The notes beneath the pieces were generated by a model, which was given only the letters and a program-made list of their open reading frames with translations, had not been told where the DNA came from and ran no database searches. DNA of 64,000 bases from Xylographa opegraphella. Its lineage: Eukaryota. The first letter of the stretch is position 1; each line of letters starts with the position of its first letter. Positions 39,092 through 52,673 of the stretch are shown here, piece after piece. The stretch covers positions 124,001-188,000 of the forward strand of contig JALDZX010000035.1 in the NCBI GenBank assembly GCA_022813865.1. The letters run 5' to 3'. Both the position numbers and the translations under genes were made by a program.

Positions 39092-40132
39092 TTAGTAGGA
39101 TCGATAAGATGCGGCCAACTGACCCAGTGCTGTTGTCAGGGTTCTCCGCGCACTCACTTCCTTCCCCTCCCGTAACGGCCGATAGTAGCACGTGACAACC
39201 ACCACGGCGGCGCGGTAGCAAGTGTAGCTGCGGGAACACATCAACACCACTGCGGGACGATGGGTGAGCACGGACGGCAGGACTTACAGCAATCCCCTCG
39301 GACCTGTCGCATCGTCGCCATGGATCATGTCGATGTCTCCCCACACGGCCTTCCTGAAGTCGATCATGCCGGTCACCTCCTTGGTCTGGTCGTCGACGAG
39401 CACGTTTTCCGGATCGCCAAGGTCCAGGACGACCAGACGCGCCTCTTGCACCTCGTCCAGCGCGCTTTCGGCTTTGGCCAACAGTTCGCGGATCTGGGTG
39501 TACGGGAGGTTGATGTACATGTCTTCACCGTCCTTGAGCACGCTCCCGAACATGGTCTTGAAGGCCTCGCGCCACTGTCTGAAGCCGTGCCCAGCGTACA
39601 CGGCTGCGACGGGCCCGAAGACGGGGCACAGGTGCTGGGCGATGGTGGCCTCGATCGCGGACAGTTGGCGATCGATGTACATCCGTTCGGGACGGGAGAG
39701 GTAGGGAATCAGCGAGACCAGCTTCGTTCCCGGCAGTCGATTGGTCAGTAGAAAGGGAGATCCCAGCAGTTTCCCGGACGAGTCGTGCGTCAACAGCGTG
39801 GGGATGGGAAGGCCGCTCTCCGCCAGGATGGTCAATGAGTGAGCCTCATTCTCCAATCCGAGGCGCTCGCTCTTCAACATCGGAGTGGTCGGCGACGGGC
39901 TGCTCTTGAGGCTCAGACGCGAGCCGTCGGAGAGATGGAGGAGACGGACCGGGTAGAGGGAGCCCGGAAGATCTTCGACGCGCTGGATGGCCAGGCGTTC
40001 GGAATGCAAGCTGTTCATGACAATGGTCTCCAGCGTGTTGAGTTGGGGGGAGATGAGAGATTGCTCGGACGACGTCTGCGGGGCCGACATGGAGATAAGT
40101 GCATTCCGCTTGTCAGGCGGTAGTAAACGCAT
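39092..40132 (-). CDS. Aminoglycoside phosphotransferase (APH)/kinase-like fold protein
   Basis: LHLSDGSRL.LK, E...L.NEA..L, IP.LL.HD.S...LGSPFLL, FGPV, WREAF, LVVLDLGDPENVLV, TGMIDF..AVWGD. One intron (39287-39228) precedes the last exon YTCYRA...YRSY. The start could be ATG 40090. Confidence 0.85.
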
Positions 40133-41694
40133 TGCAGTCACTCTACCCAGGACGGGAGATCGGAGAGCGGAAAGCGAAGAGTAGGAAAGGTTTCAAGATT
40201 GGTCAGGGAGGTCCACCGCGAGGGTGTCTCGGTGGTGACGAGAAGGAGTTAGAGGACTGCAGGACGGAGGGTGGGGGAAGGTAGAAGAAGTAGAGGTGGG
40301 TGTGGTGGAAGTAAGCGGAGAGGTGTTGAGCATTCTACCGCCGGCATGGGGGCAACAGGTGGAAGAGAACGGGCGACCGACGAGGCGAGCGAGCGAGAGA
40401 GAGACAGAGAGAGAGAGAATTTTTATTCTTTCCTTCACAGTCAACACCAGAAGCGAAGTTTTGCAACAAGCGGCTTTACAGGGTGTGGTGAAGGCATCGA
40501 CAAGCGGGAAGGCTGAAGGGGGGAGCGAATCGGGAGAGCGCAGGAGCGGGCAAAGCAGGGTTAGAGCTGAAAGCTCTGAAGACCCTTTGTCGCTTCTCGC
40601 TTGTTGTGCCGCAGATTGGCCGATGGCAGATGGCAGAGGAGTGATGTGACGCGATGAAGAGGTGGAAGCACTGGAGCGTGAAGGCGAAGCGTGAAGCGTG
40701 AAGGCGTGAAAGCGTGAAAGCGTGGAACGAAGAAGCCTTTCAACTAGTCTAGTCTAGTCTACTTTCAACCGTCAACCGCACACACAAATTAAGGTTCCGG
40801 TAGGGCGGGCCAAGCCTTGCTCCGATGACGAGAGTTACGCGAAAAAGCTAGTCTACCTTAGCCGAGTCACCCTCCTCTCCCTCCCATTGGCCAGCTGTCA
40901 GCGATCTTCGCGGCCAGGCCGGTCTGTCCACGACGACGATTGATCCCGTGCACGCTCGTCTGCCATGTCCGTTTTGGGCCGAGCGAAGCTTGACCGACGA
41001 CGACGAACGCGTTGGCAAAAAGAGCCCCCCGTCCCGTGCCCATTAAGGTACCTAGGCTGCTCGCTTGTGCCGACAAGTGTGAGCAATCGAAGAAAAGGGC
41101 CAACTGGTCGGCCCACACGCGACAAAGAAGCCCTTTCAAAAGGCCGTGGGAGCTCACCCTTTGGCGAAAAAAGAATACTGTCGCAGCTACCTTTACCTTA
41201 CCTTAGTCAGGCTCGTGACGGGGTTCGTGAAGGGTTGAAGGGAAAGCGTCGTGGAAGCCGTCTTTTCTCGCTAAAGCGCGCCGGTGATTGGTGCAAATCG
41301 CGCCCACCCGCCCCTCTGCCCTTTTTGCTTCGTCTGCCAACCGCAGATAACGTGCGTCGTTCGAATGGTGATGGTGGAGAGGCGGAGGGAGGGGGAGGGG
41401 GAGGGGGGGGGAGGGAGCGAGAGAGAGAGGGAGGCGGGGCCCAGTGATTTTAAATCTCCGATACAGGGTTCGCCAGTCGAGGTCGGTGTGGTGGGTGGTT
41501 TTGCGACCCGTGCATCAGGTCATGGGATGATGCCTAGGTAGTCTGGTCGTCTGGCTCAGGGAGATTATCTATCGAAGGTACGTATGACTCTACGGAGTAC
41601 GAGTAATCATACTACATAGAACGCATGTAGCAGTAACAACGTTCCCAATCCTCCCTGCCCATCACCATCACCATCATCCTCCTCCTTCTCCTCC

Positions 41695-43313
41695 TCACCC
41701 TCCTCCTCCTCCTCCTCCATCCGGGCCCGTATCCTTCGTACTCGCCACGCCAGCCCGCGTGGCATGGTAGATCTCCGCGAGATTGTAGCGCTTCAGTTGT
41801 TCGAAGTCGTGGGGCACGACGCTCATTCCACACATGTTCTAGAAGGGAAGCCAGAGCAAAGCATCAGCCGCCCCGCCCCACTTGCATTGACACTGGCACT
41901 GGCACTGGCACTGGTGCACACCTGCGTGGCGCCCGACGACATGGACGCGGGAAGGCCAGGTTTGGGAGGCGGGGGGTGTTGGGGGAGGGTGGGTGTGGAG
42001 GGTGGAGTGGTTGTTGGGATCCTGACGACTTGGGTGGCAAGGCCCACACGCACCTTGTATATCTCGACGAGCACCAACGCATCGTACTTGCTCAGGTCGA
42101 CCGGATGCCGACTGCCGACCGCGTCCGCCACCTGCTTGATGACCGCCTCTCGCCGCAGCGTGTCGTGGTTTCGGCTCGAGAAGCGAATGGCGAACTGCAA
42201 AACCACCCCACCCCCGGAACAGGTTAGCGCCATCGGGGCCCGCGTCGATCATCGCGATGCACAACTCAACTCACCGCCGCCAAGGCAGTCACAGCCGACG
42301 GACGCTTCTCCGCCCGCGAGACAAAGTCAGCCACCGACAGCGCCATCGGTGCAGCTCGTGTCGGGGTCGAAAGCGAAACAAAGTTGACCCCACGTCCCTG
42401 GACTGCATGGGCGGGGGCAGGAAAAGGGAAGGGGAAAAATCAATAATGGGCGGAACACCTACCTTCGTCGGAGCCATGCCGTCGACGTGGAAATGCGGTG
42501 CCAGCACCGCCCGACTGATTTCGTCCAAGCTCTTCTCCGTCGCCTTGCCCATCAGCGTCATGGGGCTCAGTCTCCTCACACAGCGGCTCCGCGTCCGCAG
42601 CGTGCCGTTCATGGCGTCGGTGCAAATCCCATGCACAAACGACACCGGCTCCACCGGGGGCCGCGTTTTGAAGAACAGGACTCGCGCCACGTCAGTAACG
42701 AGCCAAGGGGGAAAGGGAAGTGGGGAAAGAGCACGGCGGCAGAGGCGAGAGAAACACACCGCATTGCACTTCCAGTCGCACCGGCTGGAAGAGAGGCGTG
42801 CGGTGGCCGGTCTGGAGACCCTCAATTTCATGCTTGATATCCGCCTCGATATCCTCCTCCTCCGCCTCGTCATCCTCGCGCGCCGCCACCGCATCCGCGT
42901 CAGCGTGCCCGTAGATTCTCTCTGCATACTGCGTAGACCGCCATTCGTGCCTTAGCGTTCCAATCGCATCTCTGCTGCCCGTGACGCGGTAGCGGAAAAG
43001 CTTCTTACCTCGTTGAATAGGTCGCGCAGTTCCGCCGTGCATTTCCCTTCGGTGTTCTTGTCGCACGTCGCCCAGATGCCCGCGTCCCCGGCCTCGATGC
43101 TTGGACCGCTTCCGCTGGGACCTTTCCGCCCTTTCTTGGCCCCTTGCCATGCCCTGCTGCCCTGATCCGACGTTCAATATCATAAGCTGTCATGTGACGA
43201 GCGTCGGATCCGCGTGGGGGAGTGCATACCTTGCATTTCTTGTTCGCCGCGTGGTCAGTGTTGGCACCTATATCCGCGCCCGTCCCCGCCTTCCTCTTCC
43301 TGTGCTGATCCAT
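41695..43313 (-). CDS. TAN1: THUMP-domain protein Tan1 (ac4C tRNA acetylation adaptor), multi-exon
   Basis: PGDAGIWATC...EGKC.AEL.DLFNE; LFFKTRPPVEPV.FV..IC; RRLSPMT.MGKA; FAIR..SRNH..L.R..VIKQVA..V...H.VDL..YD.LVLVEIYK-NMCGMSVV..DFEQLKRYNLAEIY. Confidence 0.92.
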
Positions 43314-43831
43314 CGCGACGTCAGCTGCTCTCATGTGCACGTGAAGCAAAACCCAGCACACCGCTTCTTGAAACGGACTCGGAGAAGTGTGAGGTGACGC
43401 TTCCGACCTGATCCCAGGTATTTCTCGAGAACCTTAAGCTACTTTACGTTACACTAGTGCGGGAATAGCCGAAAGGCCCGACAGTTGCCCTCATCATTAA
43501 TATGAGGTTTCCCCTTCTCATGCCGCAAAGGAGGGAGGAATTAGGAATGACTGCATGCCGATGCATATGCTACCTCATACGCTTGGATAAGAGTCCACCC
43601 CTCGAATCGAGAGATAAGCCTCCTTGGGACTCGAGTCACACGTGCTTACGCTTTCACCAGACCGCTTGTAGGCGCTTATAGAAGGTGCACCAGCATCAAT
43701 GTTCCTTGACCGTATGTACAGCTCGCTCCGGTAGGCAAATTGGGTCATGGTGTTATTGTAGTCTCTGATCCCGCCCCAAGCATCATACTGACACCTCGCC
43801 TCCGTGGTCTCCGCCCTAGCTAGAAAGCTTC

Positions 43832-45884
43832 CTAGGCCTTGGCGTTGTTCTTAGCCGAAGCCTCGGCCGTAAGCTTCAATGCCACCGGAGCATCCTCCCG
43901 TTCCATGTACAGCTCGACGAACTACGCACGGTCAGTACTGCCGAATGCCTGGGACGAGGGTAGGAAGTGATACCTGAATATAAGGCGCAGACGAGAAATG
44001 CTTATCGTTGAAGAGATCGTGGAGTTCCTGTTTCGTCCTGACTTGATACGTCTTCGACTTGTTTGGGTCGGCTCCGAACACGTCGAGCAAGTCATTGTAC
44101 TTCCATTCCTGGATATCGTTGTACTCGGCATCCATGCCGTGAATGAACCGCTCGATGGTGTAGCCTTTGTTGCAAATCACAAATCTGATAATGTCAGCTT
44201 GTGGGTGGACGAGGAGGCTGGAATGGCCTTACATGATCGGATTCAATTCTCGCCGGATCATCGTGCTAACCTCTTGAGCGGTCAACTGGAAAGAGCCATC
44301 ACCGACAAACAGAATCGTTCGTTTTATGCCAAGCTCTTTTGCGGCCATAGCAGCACCTTGACACGCACCAACCGACCAGCCAATACTGCCCCAAAGAACC
44401 TGACTCAGCGCAGTCACACCCTCTGGAAACCTCGTTTCCCATATGCCGAAGTTTGCCGTTCCCGTCTCGGTGATGACAATGTCATCCTTCTCGAGCCATT
44501 GACCCATTCTGGGCCAGAACCATGCATGGCTGATGATTTGGTCGCCAGACATATCCTGGTCAGCTTTGGGAATGTCGTTAGTCGCCACCGGACCAGGCTT
44601 GACATTCAGCTTCCCCATCTTAGCTATAACCTTCTGAAGCACCCCCTGCATTCTGACACCTGGATACTCTGAATATCGTACCCGAACGTAGTTGCTGTGG
44701 AAGTCAATGGTCGAGAGCTGGCTGACATGATAGGTGAAGCCCTACACATTCTCTCAGTTCTGTAAACACACAAAGACTCGCAAAGTTCATACGCCTTACC
44801 GCAGTATTGAAATCACTCTTGATAGCACCAATGCTGAGGATGAGGTCTGAAGACTCAAGTCGCTCACGTACTTCAGGGTCGCTTCCGTCACCAGCATAAA
44901 CGCCTGTTCTCGTGAGTATAACAAGTCAACATGGGCCATCACCCAGACGTCTATTTTCACTCACCACCAAAGGTAGGCAATGTCTCATTTACAGCCCCTT
45001 TGCCCATAGGTGTAACAAACACGGGGAGACCTGATCGCTTTACCAATTCATGGACTTCATCAAGAACTCGGTGACGGATTGCACATGCGTCCACTAGTAT
45101 TACGGGATTTTTGGCATCATGTAAATACTTCAGTACAACATCAACCACATAGTCTTCCTTTTCTGGGACGTTAGGGGGATAGCTTAGGTCGATAGGGGTG
45201 TCGAGTCTGGCCCCTTCGACTTTTTTCGTCACCATATCTGTAGGGAGGGTGATATAGACTGGACGAGACTGGACCCAGCATTCCCTAATTGCGTGATCAA
45301 TCAAGGTTGCAGCTTCGTGCGGATCGTTCAGCTTGGCCATCGCCACCGAGATATCGCGGTTCATATTCGCAAAGACATCGAAGTTCCCATTCCCCAACGT
45401 ATGATGTAGCAGCATGCCCTCTTTTTGGGCTATTGTGGAGGGAGTACCGACAATATGTATAATAGGGGAGTACTCTGAATACGCGCCGGCGATGGCATTG
45501 ATGGCAGAGAGCTCACCCACCCCAAACGTCGTGACCATGGCAGCAATTCCCTTGACGCGAGCATAGCCGTCGGCGGCATATCCTGTGTGAAGTGAGCTAC
45601 GTTGTTCTTCTTCCCCTCCATAGGCTTCAATAATATCACCTGCGTTGAGCTCATTGCAATTGCCGACCCACGTCAAACCTGCCTCCGGGATGTAATCGAG
45701 GGCAACTTCGTGACTGATAAGCTTCCATGTAAATAGCGGCTATGAGTGATGTAGGCATACCTAGATTATAGTCCCCTGGCAATCCGTGCACGGCTCGAAC
45801 GCCAACTTCATGTAGACGACGAAAAAGGTACTCTGCAACATCGACGGGCTTCTTCAACTCCGAGGTCCTGATATCTGTAGCCAT
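43832..45884 (-). CDS. PDC1: Pyruvate decarboxylase (TPP-dependent), multi-exon
   Basis: [85 protein letters not shown]. Confidence 0.97.
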
Positions 45885-46359
45885 GATGTCTGCACGTAGC
45901 ATGGAAACCGATTGAAGCGATGTGGATGGGGAAAGCAGCAGCAATACGGTGAGTAATCGGAGTTGTTATCCATCGTAATCGCACGTCCCATTCTTACCTA
46001 AGGTAGCTCTAAGGTATGAGCTGTTGATGGAGCGTCCATCGGAGCGCGGCGGAAGCTTGGGCCCCGAGCGGAAGCTAGCGTTAGCTGCCGCTCCAGGTTC
46101 TTGATAGCGCTAAGATACCTGAATAAAGTGACAGGTATGTGCTCCAACATTAAACCGGAGCAATATGCCACAGCTGAGGTCACGCCAGGGTACCCAGCAA
46201 AATTCGTGATGAGATTATAGCTGGGAACCCTATTCAGCTTGCTATGATGAGCCTACATAGGTCTAAGTAACACAGCAAGCCATCACTTCTCAGCGTTACA
46301 CACGCCAGCCTTGGAAGGAACCGAACTCCACCAGGAATCTTCCTGCAAATCCCACCAAT

Positions 46360-49300
46360 ATGGCTCAATTTCTGCGCGGTAAGCAAGCTGGTGTCCAGCA
46401 TGATCTTTCCGTCGGATTGGCGCCTGAGCTGTTCGCTCTGGATCAAGTAGGATAATTCGGGGCAGCATTTGGGTTGGTTCAGACTGATGAAACATTTCAG
46501 GTGGCTCGCTATGGTATCAATTCTCAGATCAGCGCTTTAGCGTATGATCCTGTTCAGTCTTTACTCGCTGTTGGTACCAACGAGTCCCGGTACGGGAGCG
46601 GACAGATCTATGTCTTCGGCGGCAATCGTGTCTCCGTTGTGCTCTCCGCTCCCAGGAAGTCCTCCATCTCAACACTACAGTTCTGCGCCGAGAAACTCCT
46701 TAGTTTGGACTCTAAGAACGATATTGCTGTTTTTTCTCTCGATGCCAACAAGATGGTGGCAAGCTATTCGCCTCCAAGCAAAGTGACCGCACTTTTGACC
46801 GATCCTACACTTGACTATGCTCTGATGGGGCTACAGAACGGTAGGTGGGAATGCTCGACTGTGTATAAGTGAGTGTCGCTTGACTTATGCGACTTCGTAG
46901 GTGATATTATAGCTTATGATCTGGACCGACAGGCACCAGCACCTTTTAAAATTACGAATATGTGGAGAGAGCACGATTCTCGGGCAAGGAATTTACCTGT
47001 TGTAGTGCTGGCTTTGCATCCTCGAGACATTGGTACTTTATTGGTAGGGTATCCCCAAGGAGTCGTCATCTATTCTTTCAAGCAAAACAAGCCGCTGAAC
47101 TACCTTCAATATGAGCTGCAACCGGGAGCACCCGGCGGCATCCCAGATCCGATATCTGCCCGCAGGTTGCGTACGCCACAGCTCGTGCACGCAACATGGC
47201 ATCCAACGGGAACTTTCATTTTGACGGGACACGATGATTCGAGTCTCGTGATCTGGGACACCAAGACTGCAAAGCTAGTACTTGCAAGGACGATACAGGA
47301 TGTGAACATTGATCAACCTGGAAAAGTTCTATCCAGTGCCAGTGCTCAGTCTGGGACAGTCTCTTTGAATGCACCACTCTTTCGGATAGCCTGGTGCTGC
47401 AAACAAAACCCAGACGACACTGGTATACTGATTGCGGGCGGGAGCCCCATGGATACAGCTAATAAAGGCTTCAAGTTCCTAGACTTTGGTCAAACACCGG
47501 TCTACGCAACGTCTTCATGGCAAGTACTCTCAGATCACTTCGCTAAGCCAAAAGCACAATACCGACTAATCACGCCTCCAAATACTGATGCTGTAGATTT
47601 CTGCATCATTCCTCGCAACTCTCCACATTATGCAGGAGCTTCTGATCCCATCGCGGTCATTGCTCTGCTTGCTTCTGGAGAACTTGTTACGATGAGTTTT
47701 CCGTCAGGGCATCCGATTAGTCCGACCAACCAGCTCCATGCATCCCTCACCTTTGTTCATCCTTTCGTGAACTTGATATCCGTTGCTCATGTTCAGCGTA
47801 TTCGATGGCTTAGCATGATAGAAAAAAGGTCTCAAGGTCCGCCCATCCTTGTTGGTGGTGCCGAAGCCACACGACCTATGAAACGCTATGAGGACCGCAA
47901 TATCATTCAGACGGCTCATGCGGATGGTACTGTTCGAATTTGGGATGCAGGTCATGGCGACGAGATCGAGAATGAAGCAATGCTTCAAGTGAATGTAGCA
48001 CGTGCTGTTGGACGAACGGACGCCGTGGATATAAGCCACATGTCGATGTCGGGGGCCACCGGAGAGTTAGCTGTGGGGCTTAAGACTGGAGAGGTCGCCA
48101 TCTTCCGCCATGGTCGAAATCAGATGTTCGGTCAGGAGATCCCTCACGTGCACAAAATGGACTTCGGACTGGAGGGTATAAGAGATCGAGCAGATCCCAT
48201 AGTAAAGGAGGGCTTACTACCCCTAACTCTCTTCTCACAGCCCCGGGGTCCTGTCACTGCCCTTCGCGTTAGCGATGTTGGCTTTGTGGTTGCCGCCTTC
48301 CAAGATGGTAGCATTACGGTAATAGATCTTCGAGGTCCTGCGATTATACACGAAGCCAATCTTCAGGACTTTGCAAAAGCTGTATCACGGGGAAGTATCC
48401 GGAGAAGCACTAGCAACCATAACCAGCCCAGGCCGGAATGGGTAGTAGTCATCGAATTTGCAGTAATGAGCCTGGAAGGAGAAGGTAACATGCAAGATGA
48501 ATCAATTCCCTAAATTAACCACTGCTGTAGGACTAATTTTGTTGCAGAATATTCAAGTATTTTGTTCTTCATGGGAACCAATCTCGGCCGCTTCATAACG
48601 TTCAAGCTCTTTCCAATGCCAAATGGTGGTTATAGTGCGCAACTTGCAGGAACTGTAAACCTCGATGACAAGGTTATATCTATTTCCCCTATTAGTGCGG
48701 ATACTGGAAGCCCAGCATCTGCATCGCCTGATACTTTTGCAAGTCTGCGGAACGGGTTTCGACTCAATGGTGTGGTTGTTGTTGCAACCCAAACAGGAGT
48801 AAGAATATTCAAGCCGGCAGGCGCTAAAGGCGCAAATAAGACATGGAATGAAGTCCTCTGCGACTCTGCACATGTGGTAAGGTATGAAGATCGTGGATAT
48901 GCTCTGGCTGGGCTTTTCGGTGATGGTTCTGTAAAAACATACTCAATACCAAGTTTGAAGGAGATTGCCTCTACCAGGCTGAGCGACACTCTCGATGCAC
49001 GACGGTATTCAGAGGCTATTATTACATCGACTGGTGACATATTTGGCTGGATTGGACCATCCGAAATAGGAGTTGTGAATCCTTGGGGATCGGGTCAAGA
49101 TACGTACGTCGCTTCGGCTGAATCAAATTTGAAGATTGTCATTGACAGGAATAGAACTCTATCACGGGACAAGCTATACAACAAAGAAGCTATCCTCCCT
49201 CCACGACCAACTATTTCTAATATTCAATGGATTTCTGGCACCCAATATGTCACACCGTCAGATCTGGATATGCTCAGTAAGTCTGTCGTTCTCATCTTTC

Positions 49301-49680
49301 TATTACGCTAACAAATATAAGTTGGCGGGCCCGATAGGCCTCCTTCTAAACGTATGGTTGAGCAAATGAGGTCCGAAGAGCAGCAAAGGCGTGCTGCAGG
49401 ACGTTCTGCTGATGTTGCCGAATCGGTTTCCAGCGGGCAAGAGGAAGGCTATTGGGCATACATGCAACGTCAAATACAGGAAAGAACTGAGAGATTGAAC
49501 ATAATGGGCGATTCCATGGACCGGCTTGAAGAACAGAGCTCCAATTGGGCAGACGACGTGGGAAAGTTTGTGAGCCAGCAAAAAAGGAAGGCAGTCATGG
49601 GCAGTATGTGTATTCTCGGAAAGCCTTGTCGTTTATGATACTGACATCTTACAGTAATCGGTAGTAAATTTGGGTTCTGA
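46360..49680 (+). CDS. SRO7: Lethal giant larvae/tomosyn-like SNARE-dependent exocytosis protein
   Basis: MAQFLRGKQAGVQHDLS, RYGINSQISALAYDPVQSLLAVGT, WD40 repeats, PPRPTISNIQWISGTQY, C-terminal R-SNARE-like ERTERLNIMGDSMDRLEEQS. Confidence 0.95.
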
Positions 49681-50037
49681 GCAATGACAACTTTGCTGGG
49701 GAACAGGTGCTTGGAGTCATATGACTGGCGCAATCCTGGGAACGGTGGCAATACGCAAACACGGCCGCCGATTCATTAAACGTGAAGAATTGTATTTTTA
49801 CGTGTCGACGAATGAAGGCAGAGCATTGTCCATAATTGTTCTTTTGCCAGCTCGCACATTCCAGATCCGTCGATTGAGAAACTGTTTGGGAGACGGGAGA
49901 CACAAGTCACTGTCGCATTCACAATGCCAAAAGTGCCACCCATTTCTTTGTTTCACAAGAACTCTTCCACCATAAAGCCGCTTCATTACGGGACCTCCCC
50001 CCCCTTCCCACCGTCCAACTACATCCAACCGTCCACC

Positions 50038-50801
50038 ATGGCCTCCCAACCACCATACCCGATGTAGACCCTCCCGCCCGACAGCTCATATCCCTACCTC
50101 AACCCCCTGACCGGCCTCCCCATCCTTCCACGATCCATCTCGCCAATCCAGCCCTCCGGCCCCATCGTCCCCACCAACCCAAGACCCCAGATCCCGCGCC
50201 TCGTCCTCCCACCCCCGCCACCGCTCCCATGCTGCGAGTACACGCCCCACAACCCCACCGACCCCGTCGGCCCGCTGACGCCCCCGCCCCCGCAACGCCC
50301 CCGCCCCCACAACGCATCCTCGCCGACCCGGTCACCTTTCCCCCTCTCCCCGCCTTCCGCGCTCCCCTCCGCGTCGCCTTCTCCTGCGCCCACACCGCCC
50401 CGCCCTCCGTCCTGCCGATGCTCTACACTACCTCCCACTCCTCCACCCCCTCCACCACCACCGACAACCCCTTCGGCGCGCCCAATCCGCCCCACGCCCT
50501 GCCCTACCCCTGCCGCGAGTGCGCCCTCACCCTCACTCACTCGGCGTTCAACTACGTGCATCGGATGCGCGACCTGGCGATCGCGGCGCTGGAGACGCAG
50601 ATCGCGGACGCGCGGCGCGAAATATGGGTCGGTGGCGGGAGGGTGGTGGGGCTGGATGACCCGTTGCTGGTGGCGTATGAGCGCGCGCATGAGCAGTTGA
50701 GGGTGCTTTTGGGGGAGAGGGCGCACGCGCTGTGGGAGGTGAGGGGGGCGTGGGAGCGGGTGTGGGGGGAATGGGTGGAGGGGGAGGAGGGGGGCGGGTG
50801 A
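50038..50801 (+). pseudogene. Orphan Pro-rich gene, apparently disrupted; a shorter intact ORF spans 50229-50801
   Basis: CCACCATGG start at 50038 with TAG at codon 10. An intron-like segment 50234-50295 has non-canonical ends. The downstream ORF carries FSCAH...CREC and a helical C-terminus. Confidence 0.4.
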
Positions 50802-51178
50802 AAGGCGGTGTGAAGGGGCGAGGTGAGGCGAGAGGGGTTGCTGGGTTGAAGCTGTATGATATGCGGGAAGGCTTAGAAGGAGAACGGGACGTGCGCCTCA
50901 TGGGTGTACTGGCGTTAGGGGACAAAATGGATGTGTTCGTGGTGTGGTGCTGTTCTCGGGGCCGGAAGCTGAAGTATATCTGGCGGATTTGACGTGCGAT
51001 GTTCGGGACCGCGCATCAGGGAGTGGGAGAGAATGCCATTTCGCTGGTGTCTATCCTGTTTATGTTGCTAAGTAACAAGAAACCATATACATCATTAGTG
51101 GTATTCCAAGCTGGTTACCTCCCTTCATAGAACGCCTTCTGAGTAGAACAGCAGTCGCAAAGTAGACGACCGGGAAGT

Positions 51179-52223
51179 CTAATGTACCATGACTTCTCCA
51201 TGACCGGCGTCACCGATCGACTGCCCATTGGGCGCTTCTTGTGGGGCCGCTGTTTTTGCTTCACCATCCTCGCCCATTTCCATATCTTCGTCGCCCTCTC
51301 CTTCGCCTTCCTCGTCCTCGATGTCCTCGTCTTCACTGCCACTGGATTCCGCTTCCAGGTCTTCACTTCCTGCATCTGAATCTTCGTCGTCTTCCGCTTT
51401 GGCCGCTGCACCAGAAGGACCAGCGGTGTCATCGGCGCCAGCCATCTCTTCGTCAGCGTCCTCTGGTCCCAGTGCTGCTTCTTCCTTGATGAGTGCAGCT
51501 TCGAGTTCAGCTTCCTCGGCGCCGTACGCAGTACCATCGTCTTCGATGACATCGGCTTCAGGTTGCTCAGGTGGAAATTCGGCAGGTGCAGAGTCTTCGG
51601 AGTCCCTAAACACAACATCAGCATCGGATTCCGAGGCTCACCGAATGTGGGGGATATTTACCATTTGATAGCGAACCGAGTGACACGGGGCTTCTCTGCA
51701 AGAATATTTCGCCGGACCCGTTCGATGATAGGCTTGGGAGGTGGCTTGCTGTTCAGCTCCTCTGAGTCATACTCGTTATTGACGTAGTATCCCACGCGGA
51801 CAAACTCTCGGTTGTCATAGCTGCATGTGAGGAGAATGACTGTAACTCCGATGATTTCTGAGACGGGTATTCTCTTGAGATCTGGGGCATCTGCTTCGAA
51901 AATGAACTTGTTGACACCTATAGGGATAGGACCGACAAGTAGTGAGTCGAGCTCCTGATCGTGTTCAGATCTGACCCAGTCAATTGAGTGCCCATTATCG
52001 TGTTATGCTGCTACTCACGAAGTAGCTGAGCCAACATATGTAAGCTTCCATTCCAGATCTACCACAGACAATTAGTCTCATGCTCATAGCAGTCCACAGA
52101 AAAATCAAGCATACCCTTCTGTAGCTGCTCTAAACACTCGAAGGTGATTTCGAACTCGTAAGCGTCACCAAACTTGGCCGGGTTATTGAGAACCTTGACA
52201 CCTAACAATGAGACGACAGACAT
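51179..52223 (-). CDS. ASF1: Histone H3-H4 chaperone Asf1
   Basis: [18 protein letters not shown]...[73 protein letters not shown], acidic tail. Three introns. Confidence 0.98.
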
Positions 52224-52335
52224 TTTCGCTCGAATTTAGTGATTGGAGAAATTGTGGAAAGGAATGTGAAAACCGAGGGGTGCTGTAGATAGAGTATCAG
52301 TGTTGGCTAAAGCTCTATGAAGTTGACGTTGGAGG

Positions 52336-52380
52336 TGTCGCGCCTCGTCCTCGAGCAAAGGACGCGCGAAAGGCGTGTCG
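52336..52380. promoter_or_regulatory. CGCG/MCB-like elements in the ASF1-RNA14 divergent promoter
   Basis: GTCGCGCC and GACGCGCGAAAGGCGTGTC lie ~115-155 bp upstream of ASF1. MBF/MCB control of S-phase genes is established in ascomycetes. Confidence 0.4.
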
Positions 52381-52673
52381 AATTGCAACGGCTCTATGGT
52401 CGGGCCGGGGATACGTGATACCGAAACCAGCGACCTTCCGGGCGAGGAAAGAGAAGTTCACCTCTGCTCCTATCCTCGACTTCTTTGTCTCATTCGCAAC
52501 ATCCACACGACTTCCTTCCACCCTATCGATTCTCGATGCGTCGAAGCCAGTGGCGAATAATCTGTTGTTCATTCATGGGCTCGTGATAGTTTCTGGAACG
52601 ACAGACAACCTGTGGGATAGCTTTTCTCAACACACCGCTGCCTTTCATCTACGAGGAACACAACTTGTGGGAA

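Noticed and set aside
43460..43510. GCCGAAAGGC tetraloop hairpin near TGATGAG (hammerhead or C/D snoRNA?)
   Set aside because: The elements are on opposite strands with no CTGANGA...GAAA core or suitably spaced D box. GATGAG could be a PAC-like promoter motif of TAN1.
8058..50067. Genome-wide TAG reassignment to explain the two internal TAGs
   Set aside because: RPA34, TSR4, PCP1, PDC1 and the Argonaute all end normally at TAG.
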